Assembly (NCBI GenBank): GCA_951406725.2
Contig: OX597839.1
Location: 8,928,001-8,992,000 of the forward strand
DNA: 64,000 nucleotides
From: Octopus vulgaris
Taxonomy: Eukaryota
Reading direction: 5' to 3'
The stretch's first letter is position 1. Each line of letters begins with the position of its first letter. A program made the translations under genes and the position numbers. A model generated the notes under the pieces. That model searched no databases. It was given only the letters and a program-made list of their open reading frames with translations, and was not told the origin of the DNA. Of the stretch, positions 30,156 to 44,890 are shown piece after piece.

Positions 30156-30633
30156 TTCTATTTCCTCTTCTTCTACTTCCATAAAACGGCGGGCTGAGGA
30201 GGACGAGGAGGAGGAGGAGGAGATGGTGGTGGTGACGGCGGGAGGGGGGTTGGTTCGAAATCGAGGTAGTGGTGGGCTTGGGGGAGGAGGGGGTGTGTGG
30301 TTGGGTCTTATTAATAAATTTCTCAGAATAACGAGATCACTCTCCGTCAGAGCCAGCGTATAGAAACTAACCAAAGTAACCATCCACTCCATCAATCTGT
30401 TAGATTATCCAAACATATTGCTTAAAAGAGGAAAGAAATAAAAGAAAAAAAAAAAAAACAGCAACAAACAAACAAACAAACGAAAAGAAGAAAAAAAAAA
30501 AAAAAGAAAGAATCAACGTTGCTTCTTCTTAGACGAAAACCTAATAAAACTTTCTATCAAATAAACCTTAACGGTCTCAACTGTATTAAAACCAACCGCT
30601 ATGCAAACATGTGTTTATATATAAGTGTATGTT

Positions 30634-30696
<63 letters not shown>

Positions 30697-30986
30697 AGCA
30701 AATAAAAACTATTGTAAAAAAAAAAAAAAAAAAAACTACGAAGAAGAACAGCGTAAAAATAAATAATAATATAGAAAATCAATCGCCATGTGAAAACGAA
30801 TTCAAATTCTTCTCAGACGTACACAACGCACAAACGCACGCACGCACACAAATTCATACACACACACACACACAAACACACATATATATATATATACATA
30901 CATATATACACATATATACATATATACATATATATATGTCTATGTATATATATGTATATATTATATATATATACATATTATATATA

Positions 30987-31128
<142 letters not shown>

Positions 31129-32084
31129 AAAGCAATTTCAAGGCAGTTCTATCGCTGTCATCAAAGTATCAAACTGCTTAATATTCACAAAATTCATTTT
31201 CTTTACTGTGCAATTTATTTATTTATTTATTTATTTATTTATATTTTACTTATATTTTTAACTTTATTTCCAAAATCGGTGGTGGGGTGGGGGGCATGAG
31301 ATGGATGGAGGGAGGGAGGGAGGGAGGAAGGTAGAGCGGGTGAGGTGGAGGAAATCAAAATCACCAGTAGTTATTAAATATTGATTTCCTTTACACAGGC
31401 ATATATCACACACACACACGCACACACAAACACACACACACACACACACGCATGCATACAAATCTACACATTCAAAAAAAAAAAAAAGCACACATACATA
31501 CATACATACATACATATATAAAGACACACAGACTCTTACACACATTCGTGCGTAATAACTATATTTTTCTCTCCACCAACCGAAGAAGAATATTTACTTT
31601 GCCTCACTCACTCACTCGCCCGCACCTTCCAATAGAATAAAATAAAATAAAAAAAAAATTCAAAAGAAATTAAATAGAATGTAATACACAAAATTAAATA
31701 AAATATAATGTGATATAATATAACACAAAATCACATAATGTACCTGTATATAACATGAGATAACATAATTTAACTTAATATAATACAATAATGTGACAAT
31801 AACACATAATACAATATCGTGTACAACACACACACTCATTCACAAATATATGTGCATATATGAATGTGTGCGTGTATGTATGTATGTATGTGGATGTATA
31901 TATATATATATATATATATATGTACATAAAATAATGTACATATATGTGTATATATATGTATATACATACATATATATATATACACACATACACATATATA
32001 TACACACATATATATAGATATATACAATACATATACACATACATACACACACACACACAAAACATACTCATGCACAAATTTTAT

Positions 32085-32144
<60 letters not shown>

Positions 32145-34983
32145 CACACACACACACACAAACATAAATATTAATTTTCACAAAAGAAAATGTTGACAGC
32201 GACATTGAAGATTTGACTTCTTAGCTATCATCTGATGAAGGCTATTAAGCTATATAAATATATATAAATACAGACACACACACACATACGCACACATGCA
32301 AGTTGTTCAGAAACATCATTTTAACATGTGCTTTCCCATACTTGCATAAATTAGGCAAGACTACAGTGGAACAGAGCTTTCTAAGGCCAGATACCAGGAA
32401 TTACAACCGTGTTTCATGGTCTGCTACCACAACAACTTCTTTACAGGATCCAGTTAGCTCCAAGACATCATCAGAGGGAACCACGTCCGGTTTCAGCCCC
32501 TACTCCTCTACCGTTTTGACGTGGCACCCCCCACCCTACTTTCAGAGGTGTCTTCAGCTCTGGTGTTGGGTGCATGTCTTCTTTCTTCTGTTCCCTGGCC
32601 TCTTCGATGTGTTGTCAGCGAACGTCAGCCGGTGACTGACTGACTTGTCAAATTTCTCCCTTTAAATACCTGCCGCTAGTCTCCAGCAGGCAGCCCCGGC
32701 AAGTTGTCCTGTGACACTGTCTCACCTTAACTGACTAGTGAAGGCGCGAAGTCCCACTGTGTAGCATTTGGAGAAAGAGACCTGTACTTAAGCCCTGGTG
32801 TTGCCCAAGGGTAATGGAGTGCATTGATGTGAGGACAGTTCAAGCAAAGAATATAGAGTATACTACAATAATACCCAGTGGCAAACCACCAAGTGACCCT
32901 TGTCCAGTGCTTTTGGTCATCAATGGGCATGTCCACTTTGCTGATTTCTCCAACAATTTTGCCTGATAACAGACACATGAGGCACTACTAGATCATGTGA
33001 GAAGGGGTTTGGTAAACGTTAAAAAATGTTTACCTAGAATTACAAATCCAAAGTCATGGTGCATCTTCCATGACACAGCATCTACAACGTTGCAAAATGT
33101 AGAACTTTCATTCTGTTCAAACTGACACTCTTTTAATACAGGCTGTCCCAGTATTAACTATCTATTTCAGTGAAATCAAACAATCTTTTTAAAAACTCAC
33201 ATAGGCGCAGGAGTGGCTGAGTGGTAAGTAGCTTGCTTACCAACCACATGGTTCCAGGTTCAGTTCCACTGTGTGGCACCTTGGGCAAGTGTCTTCTGCT
33301 ATAGCTTCCGGCCGACCAAAGTCTTATGAGTGGATTTGGTAGACAGAAACTGCAAGAAGCCTTTTGTATATGTATATATATATATATTTATGTGTATGTG
33401 TCTGTGTGTCTGTTTGTTCCCCCACCAACATCGTTTGACAACCGATGCTGGTGTGTTTACATCCCCGTCACTTAGCAGTTCGGTAAAAGAGGCCGATAGA
33501 ATAAGTACTAGGCTTACAAAGAATAAGTCCCGGGGTTGATTAGCTTGACTAAAGGCGGTGCTCCAGCATGGCCACAGTCAAATGACTGAAACAAGTGAAG
33601 AGTAAAGAGTATGTATACATCTATCATATAAGATGACAGTTACAGCAAAGTGAAACTCAAGTAACTGTCACCTTTTGTTGCATGTACACACATACACATA
33701 CACACATGCACACGATCACACAAACATACACACAACTCTACTTTCCATACTGAGATCTACAACACTGTATAATGTATACCTATTTCTTTACTACCCACAA
33801 GGGGCTAAACACAGAGAGGACAAACAAGGACAGACAAGCGGATTAAGTCGATTACATCCCACAAGGGGTTAAACACAGAGAGGACAAACAAGGACAGACA
33901 AACGGATTAAGTCGATTACATTGACTCCAGTGCTTAACTGGTACTTATTTAATCGACCCCGAAAGGATGAAAGGCAAAGTTGACCTTGGCGGAATTTGAA
34001 CTCAGAACGTAACGGCAGACGAAATACGGCTACGCATTTCGCCCAGTGTGCTAACAATTCTGCCAGCTCGCCGCCTTATACACCTATGATACTGAAGAAT
34101 GTGTGTGTGTGTATGCGCATGTACTACGTGTGAATGAGAGAGGAGGAAGAACCCACACATATACATGTCAAAATTATAGATTGGTGAATGCTTGTGTTTA
34201 CAAGTAGGGAAAGGGAAAGAATATTCAATACATAAAACAGAGTGTGTGTGTGGAGAGAGAGAGAGAGAGAATATAAAGACAGCCGTGAGGTATGGGATGA
34301 GTATATTTATTTCATCAGCTGATATCCATAGGGTAACAGCTGTTTCATAGCCAGCTTCATGCAAAAGTAACATTTTAGCATATAATAGATCATTTTACAT
34401 TCTGTAACTTCTTTTGTAACCATAACTTGTGAATTTTACAGTTCTGATTAGTCAAAGATATTCACAAACTACAAGACAAACAATCACTTGACAAATATTG
34501 GAACAATCAGAAATGCGAAGCTTAATTACAATTCTAAAAGATTTAGTTTCAAATAAACATATAGACTTGTACAGTCTAACACCAAAGGAAAATATGATTA
34601 TCTGTGAAATAATTTTGAAAATATATTTTGCAAATTTCGCAGTAGAATATATTTTAATTTGTTATAGCAAACTATACAAAACACAAAGAAACTATTTATA
34701 TTAGGAACAGACTATGTAAGATAGAAACGGTGGAAGTACTAAAGATTTACATGAATGTAAGTGGCACTGAATGTTCACAGAATAGATGCAAAGAACAAAA
34801 AAGCAGAAAATCTGAGGTGGGGTTTTTAGTCATGAAGATAACCAATTCTGCCTTGTGTATACGTGTGTCTGTGCATGTAATCAATTGTATTTTGCATATT
34901 ACAAATAATTATTCATATACGTGGTGTATATTATATGTGTATCTATATATCATATATATATATATATATTACAATATATGTAT

Positions 34984-35047
<64 letters not shown>

Positions 35048-35062
35048 TACATATACATACTA

Positions 35063-35099
<37 letters not shown>

Positions 35100-35320
35100 C
35101 ATATACATACTATAGTATATATATATATATATATAATATGTAATATATGTATGTAATATATGTATGTACCGTGTATGTGTGTATATATGTATATATACAT
35201 ATATAAATATATATATATAATATATATATGTATATATATATATATATATGTCTATATAGCTTACACACACACATACACATATATGCACATATATATATAT
35301 ATATATTATTAAGATATATG

Positions 35321-36215
35321 CATGGTCTCATCAATAAGTATCCGGACTGTTGCTATAGTAACTGAAGCTAAAGCATGCAGAGTGAAGCCACAGGGCACAG
35401 ACTGACCTTGAACTCTGCTGTGCAAGTGCACTCAGTTTTAGAATTCTAGCTCACTTTCAATGCTTACTGCAGTGCTTGTAAGGAAGGTGTGTAGCATGTG
35501 ATTGTCATATTGACCATGACAAAGGAAGTTGAGCAGAGAATCTGCATCGAATTTTGCCAAAAGCTTGGTGATACCTGCTCAGAGGCCTACAAAAAGTTTT
35601 CAAAAAGTTTTCATTTTTCTCAACACGATCAAGATCTTGTGCAACTGAAACCCAAGTGTCTTTCTGGTCAGCTGAAAGCAGTTTGGGCACAGACTTGACA
35701 GACATGGATCTCATATTCAAATCTTCAGTGATAATGGACTGAACTGAACTGTAACTAATCTTACATGGATGGTGATTCAATGGTTTCCTCCTCACAACTG
35801 CATGCACATCTGCAATGTTTTCTTCAGTTCTGCTGGTTGTGGGTCTCCCAGGACATTTGTCAATATCAACATTTTTTGGCCATCTTTGAAGCATCTAAAC
35901 CACTTATACCCTTCTGTGTGACTCCTCTCCATACACTTTCCGTACACTCCTCTCCATACACTTTCTGCACCTTTGTATAGACTTCTGAGCAGGTATCGCT
36001 ATAAACAATTTTCCCTGTCCTGGTCAATGCAATGATCACATGCTACATACCTTCCTTCCAAGCACTGCTGTAAACAACGGAAGTGAGCTAGAACATTGAA
36101 ACTTAGTGCACATGCACAGCAGAGTTCAACATCAATCTGTGCCAAGTGGCTTTATCCTGCATGCTTTAGCTTCGTTACTATGGCAACAGTCTGGATACTT
36201 ATTGATCAGACTTTG
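35321..36215. mobile_element. Non-autonomous mariner derivative built from two inverted left ends (foldback)
   Basis: About 270 bp at each end are reverse complements (CATGGTCTCATCAATAAGTATCCGGACTG vs CAAAGTCTGATCAATAAGTATCCAGACTG). The + strand encodes MTKEVEQRICIEFCQKLGDTCSEAY. The - strand encodes the mariner HTH region PGRPTTSRTEENIADV...VPKLLSADQK. Confidence 0.85.
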
Positions 36216-36585
36216 TATATGTGTGTGTATTATAAGCATAACATACATATATGTATAATATATAAATATACATATATATTATACGTAATATAAGTATGTA
36301 TTGCAAATGAAATAAAATACATATATATATATATCATTTGTAATAAACAAGGAATGAAGCAGTTGGCATATATTTATTCCATGGTTTACAATTGTTTCAA
36401 CATCATATGTCAAATCAAACATCATGTATATAAACATGTATGAAAGCACTAATGGAATTATGTCCACTGAGTAATGTATATTACATATGAGCCTCCAAGT
36501 CATTTAATCATAACCGAATGAACAAATATAATACATAAACAACCAGGCTTTAATTTATATATAACATATATATTATGAGTTTATA

Positions 36586-36643
<58 letters not shown>

Positions 36644-36978
36644 TATATATTTTTATATATAGATATATAATAAATAAATATATATATAATATGTTTCACA
36701 AATATAAGCATGCATATATATATATATATATATATATAAATATCATGTATACGATACATTTCGTATATATATATATATATATAATGAATATATATCATGT
36801 ATATGATACATTTCATATATATATATATATCATTCATATATATATATACACACAAACACACATAATGCATTTATGTATATATAATACATTTCATATATAA
36901 ATATATATATGTATGTATATATATATATATAAAATACATTCCACAAATGTATGTATATCATGTATAGGAATGCATTTC

Positions 36979-37018
<40 letters not shown>

Positions 37019-37021
37019 GTA

Positions 37022-37057
<36 letters not shown>

Positions 37058-37740
37058 TGTATGTGTGCACACACACAAACAGTGAGACAGAGAATTGAAA
37101 TACAAGATAACATAAAATAACATACAATATACTAGAATAACGTAAACATATACATCATGAAATAGATAATATATAAAAATATATATATATATAGAAAATT
37201 TCCATATAGAAAATTTTTTTTAAATAAATAAATGAATAAATAAATAAAACATTGCCATCATTTTTAATGAACAAACTTTCTACAGTGAATTTAATCAATT
37301 TACTAGCACACAATATCATTACATCAATATTTGAATATAAAAAAATTTAAAAAAACACACTAAGACAATACTTTTAGGGTGGTGGCAGCAGTGGTAATAG
37401 TGGGAGTAGAGTTTTAAACATTAGTAGTGTTAAAAGGCAAGTAAGGTAGGTGGAAATGGAAGTCAATAATAGTTGGTCATTATTATAGTATTTTCTTGTT
37501 TTGTATTTTTTTTTTTCCTTGAAGATATGTGTCAGGAATTTTTTATTTTTTTGGTTTGAAATTTTGGTTACTGCTTCATCACTGATAATATTTTTTATTG
37601 TTTCCATCCAATATATTTCTCAATATTTATTTGGGAGATAAATATACTGACCTTCATTTCAAGACATGAAGTTTTTTTTTAAAACACCCACTCACATTTG
37701 TTGGAATGTGTGTGTGTGTGTGTATGCATGAATATATGTA

Positions 37741-37892
<152 letters not shown>

Positions 37893-37912
37893 ATATATAT
37901 ACATATATATAT

Positions 37913-37951
<39 letters not shown>

Positions 37952-39232
37952 CATACATATATATATATACACCGGAGTATACAGATAAATGTGAAACAAG
38001 GTGGAAAAAAGAGTACTCAAATATCAGAGGTAGAGTAATATGCTTTAAATAAAGTGTATATATATATATATATATATGCATGCATGCATGTATGTACGTA
38101 TGTGTGTATATATATTTCCATGCCACCATAGATGAGATGATTATATATTGCTTACACACTGATTTTTATAACAAGATGCCCATTTTATCGGTGTTAGGTG
38201 GATGAGATGCTGATAGGCAAATGTCACAAGAATTCACCAAAGTGCAGCACTGGATGACTCTGTGTTTGTTTGCATGTGTGTACATGTCTCTGCAAATGCA
38301 TACATGCCACATCATCACATAAATTCATTCAGCAACAGCTGTGTCACTGCACATTACATTTTCTCTAGAATTGTTTAGTCTGCCACTGCCCTGTTACTAC
38401 AGGGGAGAAAACTCATATGGTGACATGAGGCACTGTCAGTCTGCTAAAGGTTAAGGCATATGCCTTATCAACAAACCTCCTCTTGTTGTTATAGTTCTGA
38501 AGAGAAGTTGACTCAAAAATCCTTCACTTCACAAACAGAGTGGGGATAAGGATAAGGAAGGCCATCCAGCTATAAAACAATGCTTTGATACTATATATAT
38601 ATGTATATATTCATTTAACTATATATATATATATATATATTCATTTAACATATGCTAGCATAGAAAAAAATGTGTTTAAAATGAACAATATGTGCACACA
38701 CATATACACACAGAGCAAGTATTTATACATACATACATATATATACACACACACACAAACACAAACATATATGTATATATATGTTTATCATTTATATATG
38801 TGTACATGTCATGTATAGGAGCATATATGTATATTTGTCATTGATATGTATAGGTGTATGAAATTATGTATGTGTGTGTGTGTGTGTGACACACACAGGC
38901 AAAGTAATGAGAAATATACATACTTACACATATAAATGGCATATCGATGAAAAAAATATAGAAATACATACACACATACAAGTGTGTATGTGTGTGTATA
39001 CAACATATACATACATATATATCAAGTGTTAAGACCAAGAAATTGGCTTTTGTTAGGCTGTGTTTCACAGGTCCTTGAAGAAACCCCAAGTTCTTGAGGT
39101 AACTGTGATGATGCCTACAGAATCTGTCTCCAAATCTCTGTGAAACACTGCCTGCCACTCACCAGCCTCTTGAATATAACACTTCATCTATCAAGCAATA
39201 TATATAATGTATTTTCATATATATATATATAT

Positions 39233-39406
39233 ATAAAAATACAAAATGGAACAAGAACGGCAAAACATCCTCGCAATTTCAGCTAGCTGAAATTGCAAGG
39301 ATGATCCGGTTCTTGACTGAAGATTAGAGGCTTTGAATGACCCATCCATGTTTTTTGTATCGTGTATTTGAATGTTTTGCATTCTTGTCCCATTTCGTAT
39401 TTTTAT
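39233..39406. mobile_element. Small foldback element with ~36-bp inverted ends in a (TA)n tract
   Basis: aaaaatacaaaatggaacaagaacggcaaaacat vs revcomp aaaaatacgaaatgggacaagaatgcaaaacat. Internal palindrome catcctcgcaatttcagct|agctgaaattgcaaggatg. Confidence 0.75.
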
Positions 39407-39714
39407 ATATATATATATTATTGCGGCGTACCTTATTCTCTTATATGTATATACTTACACACACACACGTATAATATACATATTAGATATATAATTATAT
39501 ATAAATCTCATATATAATACATAATAATTAAATATATGACACATACACATACATATATATATATATATACAGCATATACATATGACTAAATATATAACAT
39601 ATACATAAACATACATACATATGTATATGAACACATGCACATTACAAACAAATACGCAACAAAGACGCACAATGGCTTATTAAACATCACTTTCAAATTA
39701 GGTTGATCAATTGC

Positions 39715-39765
<51 letters not shown>

Positions 39766-39770
39766 ACTTT

Positions 39771-39806
<36 letters not shown>

Positions 39807-39871
39807 TATATATGTATGCACTTTTATATATATATATATCATCATCATCATCATCATCATCATCATCGTTA

Positions 39872-39968
<97 letters not shown>

Positions 39969-39980
39969 TACATATATATA

Positions 39981-41177
39981 TCAGGTTGAGTAAAAAGTAA
40001 GCTTCGTCATGAACCATGAAGAATTTGTACCGGATTTTTTTCAGTATTTTGAATTTTCTTTTTTAAACATTTTTTTGCAATTATCTTATAAATACAGACA
40101 TAGACTTTCCCAAATGCATCAATAAATTAACATTGATATTTTTTTTTTCACCATTGTTATAATCATTTGAAATGGAACTCTCAAAGTGCGATAATCAAGC
40201 AATTTTACTATTCAACTTCAAAAAGGAACGTAAAGCAGCTGAAACTGCCTGCAATATCAACGAAACGTTTGGTGAGGAAATGACCAGTGAGCGGTCGGCT
40301 CGAAAATGGCTTAAACAATTTCGCAGTGGAGCCTGAGCCTTGAAGATCATGAGCGTAGTGGACAGCCATCTGTCATTGATGACAGTCAGTTAAAGACTGT
40401 CATTAAGAAAGATTCAAGTAAAACCACGCAAGAACTGGTAAAAGAACTTCAAGTTAGTTAGAAAATTGCCTGCAACCATTTGCATGTGATCGGAAAGTCA
40501 AAAAAGCTTGATAAATGGGAACCATACGATTTGAATGAAAATCAGAAAATACGCAGTTAAGAAATTTGCTCGCTACTTCTCCATAATCAGACTGATCCAT
40601 TTCTCGACCATATTGTAACTGCATTTTTCACAGTGGTTGGACCAAAATGAAGCATGAAAAACCTTCCCTTAACTCAAGCTCTTCAAAAAGAAGGTTAAGG
40701 TGACTGTCTGGTAGTGTAATGCTGGACTCATCTACTATAACTTCTTAAAAAACTGCTACTCCTCTGTCCCAGACTGGTCAACAGAAGAAGCTCCATCATT
40801 CTTTATGACAATGCTCCACCACACATTTCACTAATGATGCTCCAAAAGTTGCAAGAACTTGGTTACGGGGTTCTTCCCCATCCAGCTTATTCCCCAGATC
40901 TTTCTCCTACCCACTACCACTTTTTCAAGCACCTTCATGGTTTCCTGCAAGAGAAGGAGTTCGAAAATCAAACCAATGCCGAAAGTGCATTCAAAGAGCT
41001 CATCAGCTCCAGAACTCCTGGTTTTTACGTTACCAGAATAAACAAACTTGTAACACATTGGCAGAAATGTGTTGATTATAGTGGTACTTACTTTGGTGAA
41101 TAAAATTTCTGCACTGATGAAATATATTGTGAAGAATTTCATATTTCACGACATTGCTTACCATTTACTCAGCCTGA
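39981..41177 (+). mobile_element. Full-length decayed mariner DNA transposon (transposase pseudogene)
   Basis: TA-flanked imperfect TIRs (TCAGGTTGAGTAAAAAGTAAGC and revcomp TCAGGCTGAGTAAATGGTAAGC). ATG at 40172 gives MELSKCD...FNFKKERKAAETACNINETFG. Later motifs include ERSGQP, KLDKWEPYDL (WVPHEL-like), LYDNAPPH and HPAYSPDLSPTHYHFF. Multiple stops and frameshifts. Confidence 0.93.
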
Positions 41178-41204
41178 TAGTTATATACTTTATATATGTA
41201 TATA

Positions 41205-41277
<73 letters not shown>

Positions 41278-41466
41278 TACATATATGTATACGTTATTTT
41301 ATATATATATATATATATAGTTATATATGTATGCATTTATTTATATACATACACACACACACATATATATATATGGTTATATACATATATAGTTATATAC
41401 TTTACATAGTTATTTATATATATATATATATAGTTATATATGTATGCATTTATTTACATACATATA

Positions 41467-41501
<35 letters not shown>

Positions 41502-41621
41502 CTTTATATAGTTATTTTCATATATATTTATAATATATATACATATATAGTTATATACTTTGCATAGTTATTTATATATTTACGGTATATTTATGTATAT
41601 ACGTATAATTAATACTTTATA

Positions 41622-41691
<70 letters not shown>

Positions 41692-41992
41692 GTTCGCAGG
41701 AAAAATTAAGCTGAAACTTTATGGTCTTCTCTGTATCACAACGAAAAATCATTTCACGATAGGTTTTAAACTTCTCTGAATAGAAATCATAAGTAAATCG
41801 ATCAGTGCAAGGGAGATAAATATTAATATTCAAGGGAAATAACTTTGGAGGCTTAATTTTTTTTTTGTTTCTTTATGAACATCTTTTTTTTTATTATTCT
41901 GTACGGACGTAAATATGTACAAAAACGAAAAAGAAATTAAGACAGTATGATAAAATAATCGAAGGGAAAATTCAGTAGAATGTTTCACTCAC

Positions 41993-42237
41993 CTCTTGGC
42001 CCGGAACCACGGAAACCACGTCGAAAATTCGCTCCTCCTCGTCCTACACCGTAAAAACATTTTGTTCCCTGAAAGTTGCGACTGGCAGAGCTCGAAGAGT
42101 CTTTATCTTTGGAGCTATTCTGCCTGTCCTGCATGCGTTGTTTGGCTTTGTGCTTGGCCCCGTTCAAGTGACTGCTTAACTGCTCCTGAGACGTCACATG
42201 CACTGAACAAAGGGCGCACATAAACACATTGCCACTT
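41993..42237 (-). CDS. Next coding exon of the same zinc-finger gene (second matrin-type finger plus RG-rich segment)
   Basis: tttttttgcag|A acceptor completes GA|A (Glu) in phase with the previous exon. Translation is SGNVFMCALCSVHVTSQEQLSSHLNGAKHKAK...GVGRGGANFRRGFRGSGPR. Ends at AGAG|gtgagt donor (phase 1), or reads through to TGA at 41985. Confidence 0.9.
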
Positions 42238-42499
42238 CTGCAAAAAAAATAGGGAAAAAAAAAACGATAATAACAATAGAAAATGAATATATATAACTAT
42301 ATATAATAAGATGAATCTCTATCTATAGAACATTATAAACTATTGGCGGAATTCTGGTTTCAGTACCCCATTTAACCTTACTTTACTCTCTTACTGACCA
42401 CTAAGTTACGGGGACGTAAACACACCAGCATCGGTTGTCAAGCGATGTTGGGGGGGACAAACACAGACACACAAACTTACACACACACACACACACACG

Positions 42500-42550
<51 letters not shown>

Positions 42551-44501
42551 GACGGGCGTCTTTCAGTTTCCGTCTACTAAATCTACTCACAAGGCTTTGG
42601 TCGGCCCGAAGCTATAGTAGAAGACACTTGCCCAAGATACCACGCAGTGGGACTGAACCCGCAACCATGTGGTTCGTAAGCAAGCTACTTACCACACAGC
42701 CACTCCTGCGCCTTATAACTTATTTTATTTGTTTTAAATTTTCAGAAAAATCTGGTGAATTCCAGTTCAACACACGAGAATTCATACGATTATGCAAAAA
42801 AATTTTTCTTTTTAATTTTTAACCAAAAAAAATCCCAAAATTTCCGCTCTTTCTCCAATTTTTTTCTTAAAATTAAAAGTTTCAAATAAGGACAGTCCGA
42901 ATTTTTAGCTTAAATCCCAAGGGATGATTAAATGTGTTTAAGGGGAGAAAAATATTGGTTTCAAATTTTGGTCCAATGCCAGTAAGTTTCAGTCAATTAC
43001 ATCGAGCCACTTATTTTATCGACCCCGAAAGAATGAAAGACAAAGTCGACCTAGGCGGAATTTGAACTCAGAACGTAAAGACAGGCGTAATACCGCTAAG
43101 TATTTGTCCCGTTGTGCTAACGATTCTGCTAACTTGCCACCTTATGGTATGGAGAAGAAATATTCTTTTCTACTCTAGGCACGTGGCCCGAAATTTTAGG
43201 TTTCTTATTTCTTTATTACCCACAAGGGGCTAAACATAGAGGGGACAAACAAGGACAGACAAAGGTAGTAAGTCGATTACATCGACCCCAGTGTGTAACT
43301 GGTACTTAATTTATCGACCTCGAAAGGATGAAAGTCAAAGTCGACCTCGGCCGAATTTGAACTCAGAACGTAAAGACAGACGAAATGCTGCTAAGCATTT
43401 GGCCCGGTGTGCTAACCATTCTGCCAACTGGCTACCTTATGGGGTGAGGGGGGGGAGAAAAATTGAAAAAACATGAATATATGTCAAAGTGACACAGAAA
43501 CGAGGAAGGTGTCAGAAGGACATGTTATATGTTAAAACCAATAGTTAAATTAGCCACACAATTTTTTTTTCATAATCGTATGAATTCCCTTCTTTAAAAG
43601 TTATCAGGGGTTATATGGAACATTCCACCAGCATTCCACTAAAATATTTTCTAACACGTTGGGTTATTTCAATGTAAGAACGTAAATTTTTGCGAAAGCA
43701 TCCCACCCAACAAGACGAGGTTCAATATACAAAGAAATAAGTGGAAATTTTACCGGTGAGTATGTTAAATTATGAGGCACAAAAAGAAAATTACTCTCCC
43801 CATACACAACAGAAGAAATACAAAGATTGCAGGAAATATCGGTTAAGTTAGAGGTCTCCAGGGGAAGCTACTCATTTGCAATTAATTATCTCCCTTAGAA
43901 AATGAAAGCAAACTTGCTGGTTATTTTGTAATATAGTTGTTTAATTGGTTTGAACAATTGTGGGCCTAGTCATGCTGGAGCACCACCACAAATGCAGGAA
44001 TAAGTTATAAAACACAATTATTTCACTGAAAATAGTGCGTCAGTTGTTGACTGTCATGACACTGCATCCTTTAAGGCCCTCATGCTTTCCGAAATCCGCC
44101 GAAACTACACCTGATTATATACAAACTTTAGATGAGTTGTAGTGCACCTGAGCACTGTACACAATTATTATTATTATTATTATTATTTTTATATGACACG
44201 ATAAACTGAATTCACTGGTTAAAAATTTTCAAAGTAAAACTAGTAATGTTTCATATTTGAGTTTGTATATCATTATCATGCAACTCAAAACCCATTTGGT
44301 CATGTTGTTATATAGTCGATGTAATGTAATAAATTTAACTTAATGTAACACAGCTACCTTGTGCACAACACATGGAAAACAGCACATATTATGCTATAAT
44401 ATTACGTGGCATCTTGGGCAAGTGTCTTCTGCTATAGCCCTGGGCCAACCAATGCCTTGTGAGTGGATTTGGTAGACAGAAACTGAAAGAAGCATGTCGT
44501 A

Positions 44502-44535
<34 letters not shown>

Positions 44536-44539
<4 letters not shown>

Positions 44540-44710
44540 AATTAAGGACTGAACACGAAAAGTGGACAGTCAACATGCTAGATATAGACGTCAAATCGTC
44601 ATTCTCCACAAAAGATTATGTTCTCAGATCAAGTTGAGTTTATCTGAGAACGCTACACCTTTAAAAAGAAATGGACTTTTAAAGGTGTAGCGTATCTAGC
44701 ATGTTGATTG
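44536..44710. repeat. Branched palindromic element related to the 15.1-kb palindrome, inserted in a SINE (TA)n tract
   Basis: Shares agtggacag..atgctagatatagacgtcaaa and atgttctca with 15083-15180. Three internal stems. Confidence 0.75.
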
Positions 44711-44849
44711 TAATATATATGTTCCATTCTAGCAAAAACTGTCTGATATAAATATTTTAATTGTTGAATTTTCTTTTAAAATAAAGCATATTACTCTACC
44801 ACTGGTAATTTAAGTATCTTTTTTCCACCTTGTTTCACATTTATGTGTT

Positions 44850-44890
<41 letters not shown>

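Noticed and set aside
32232-32252. CTGATGAAGGC hammerhead-like start
   Set aside because: No following GAAA or stem I partner; at most a truncated remnant.
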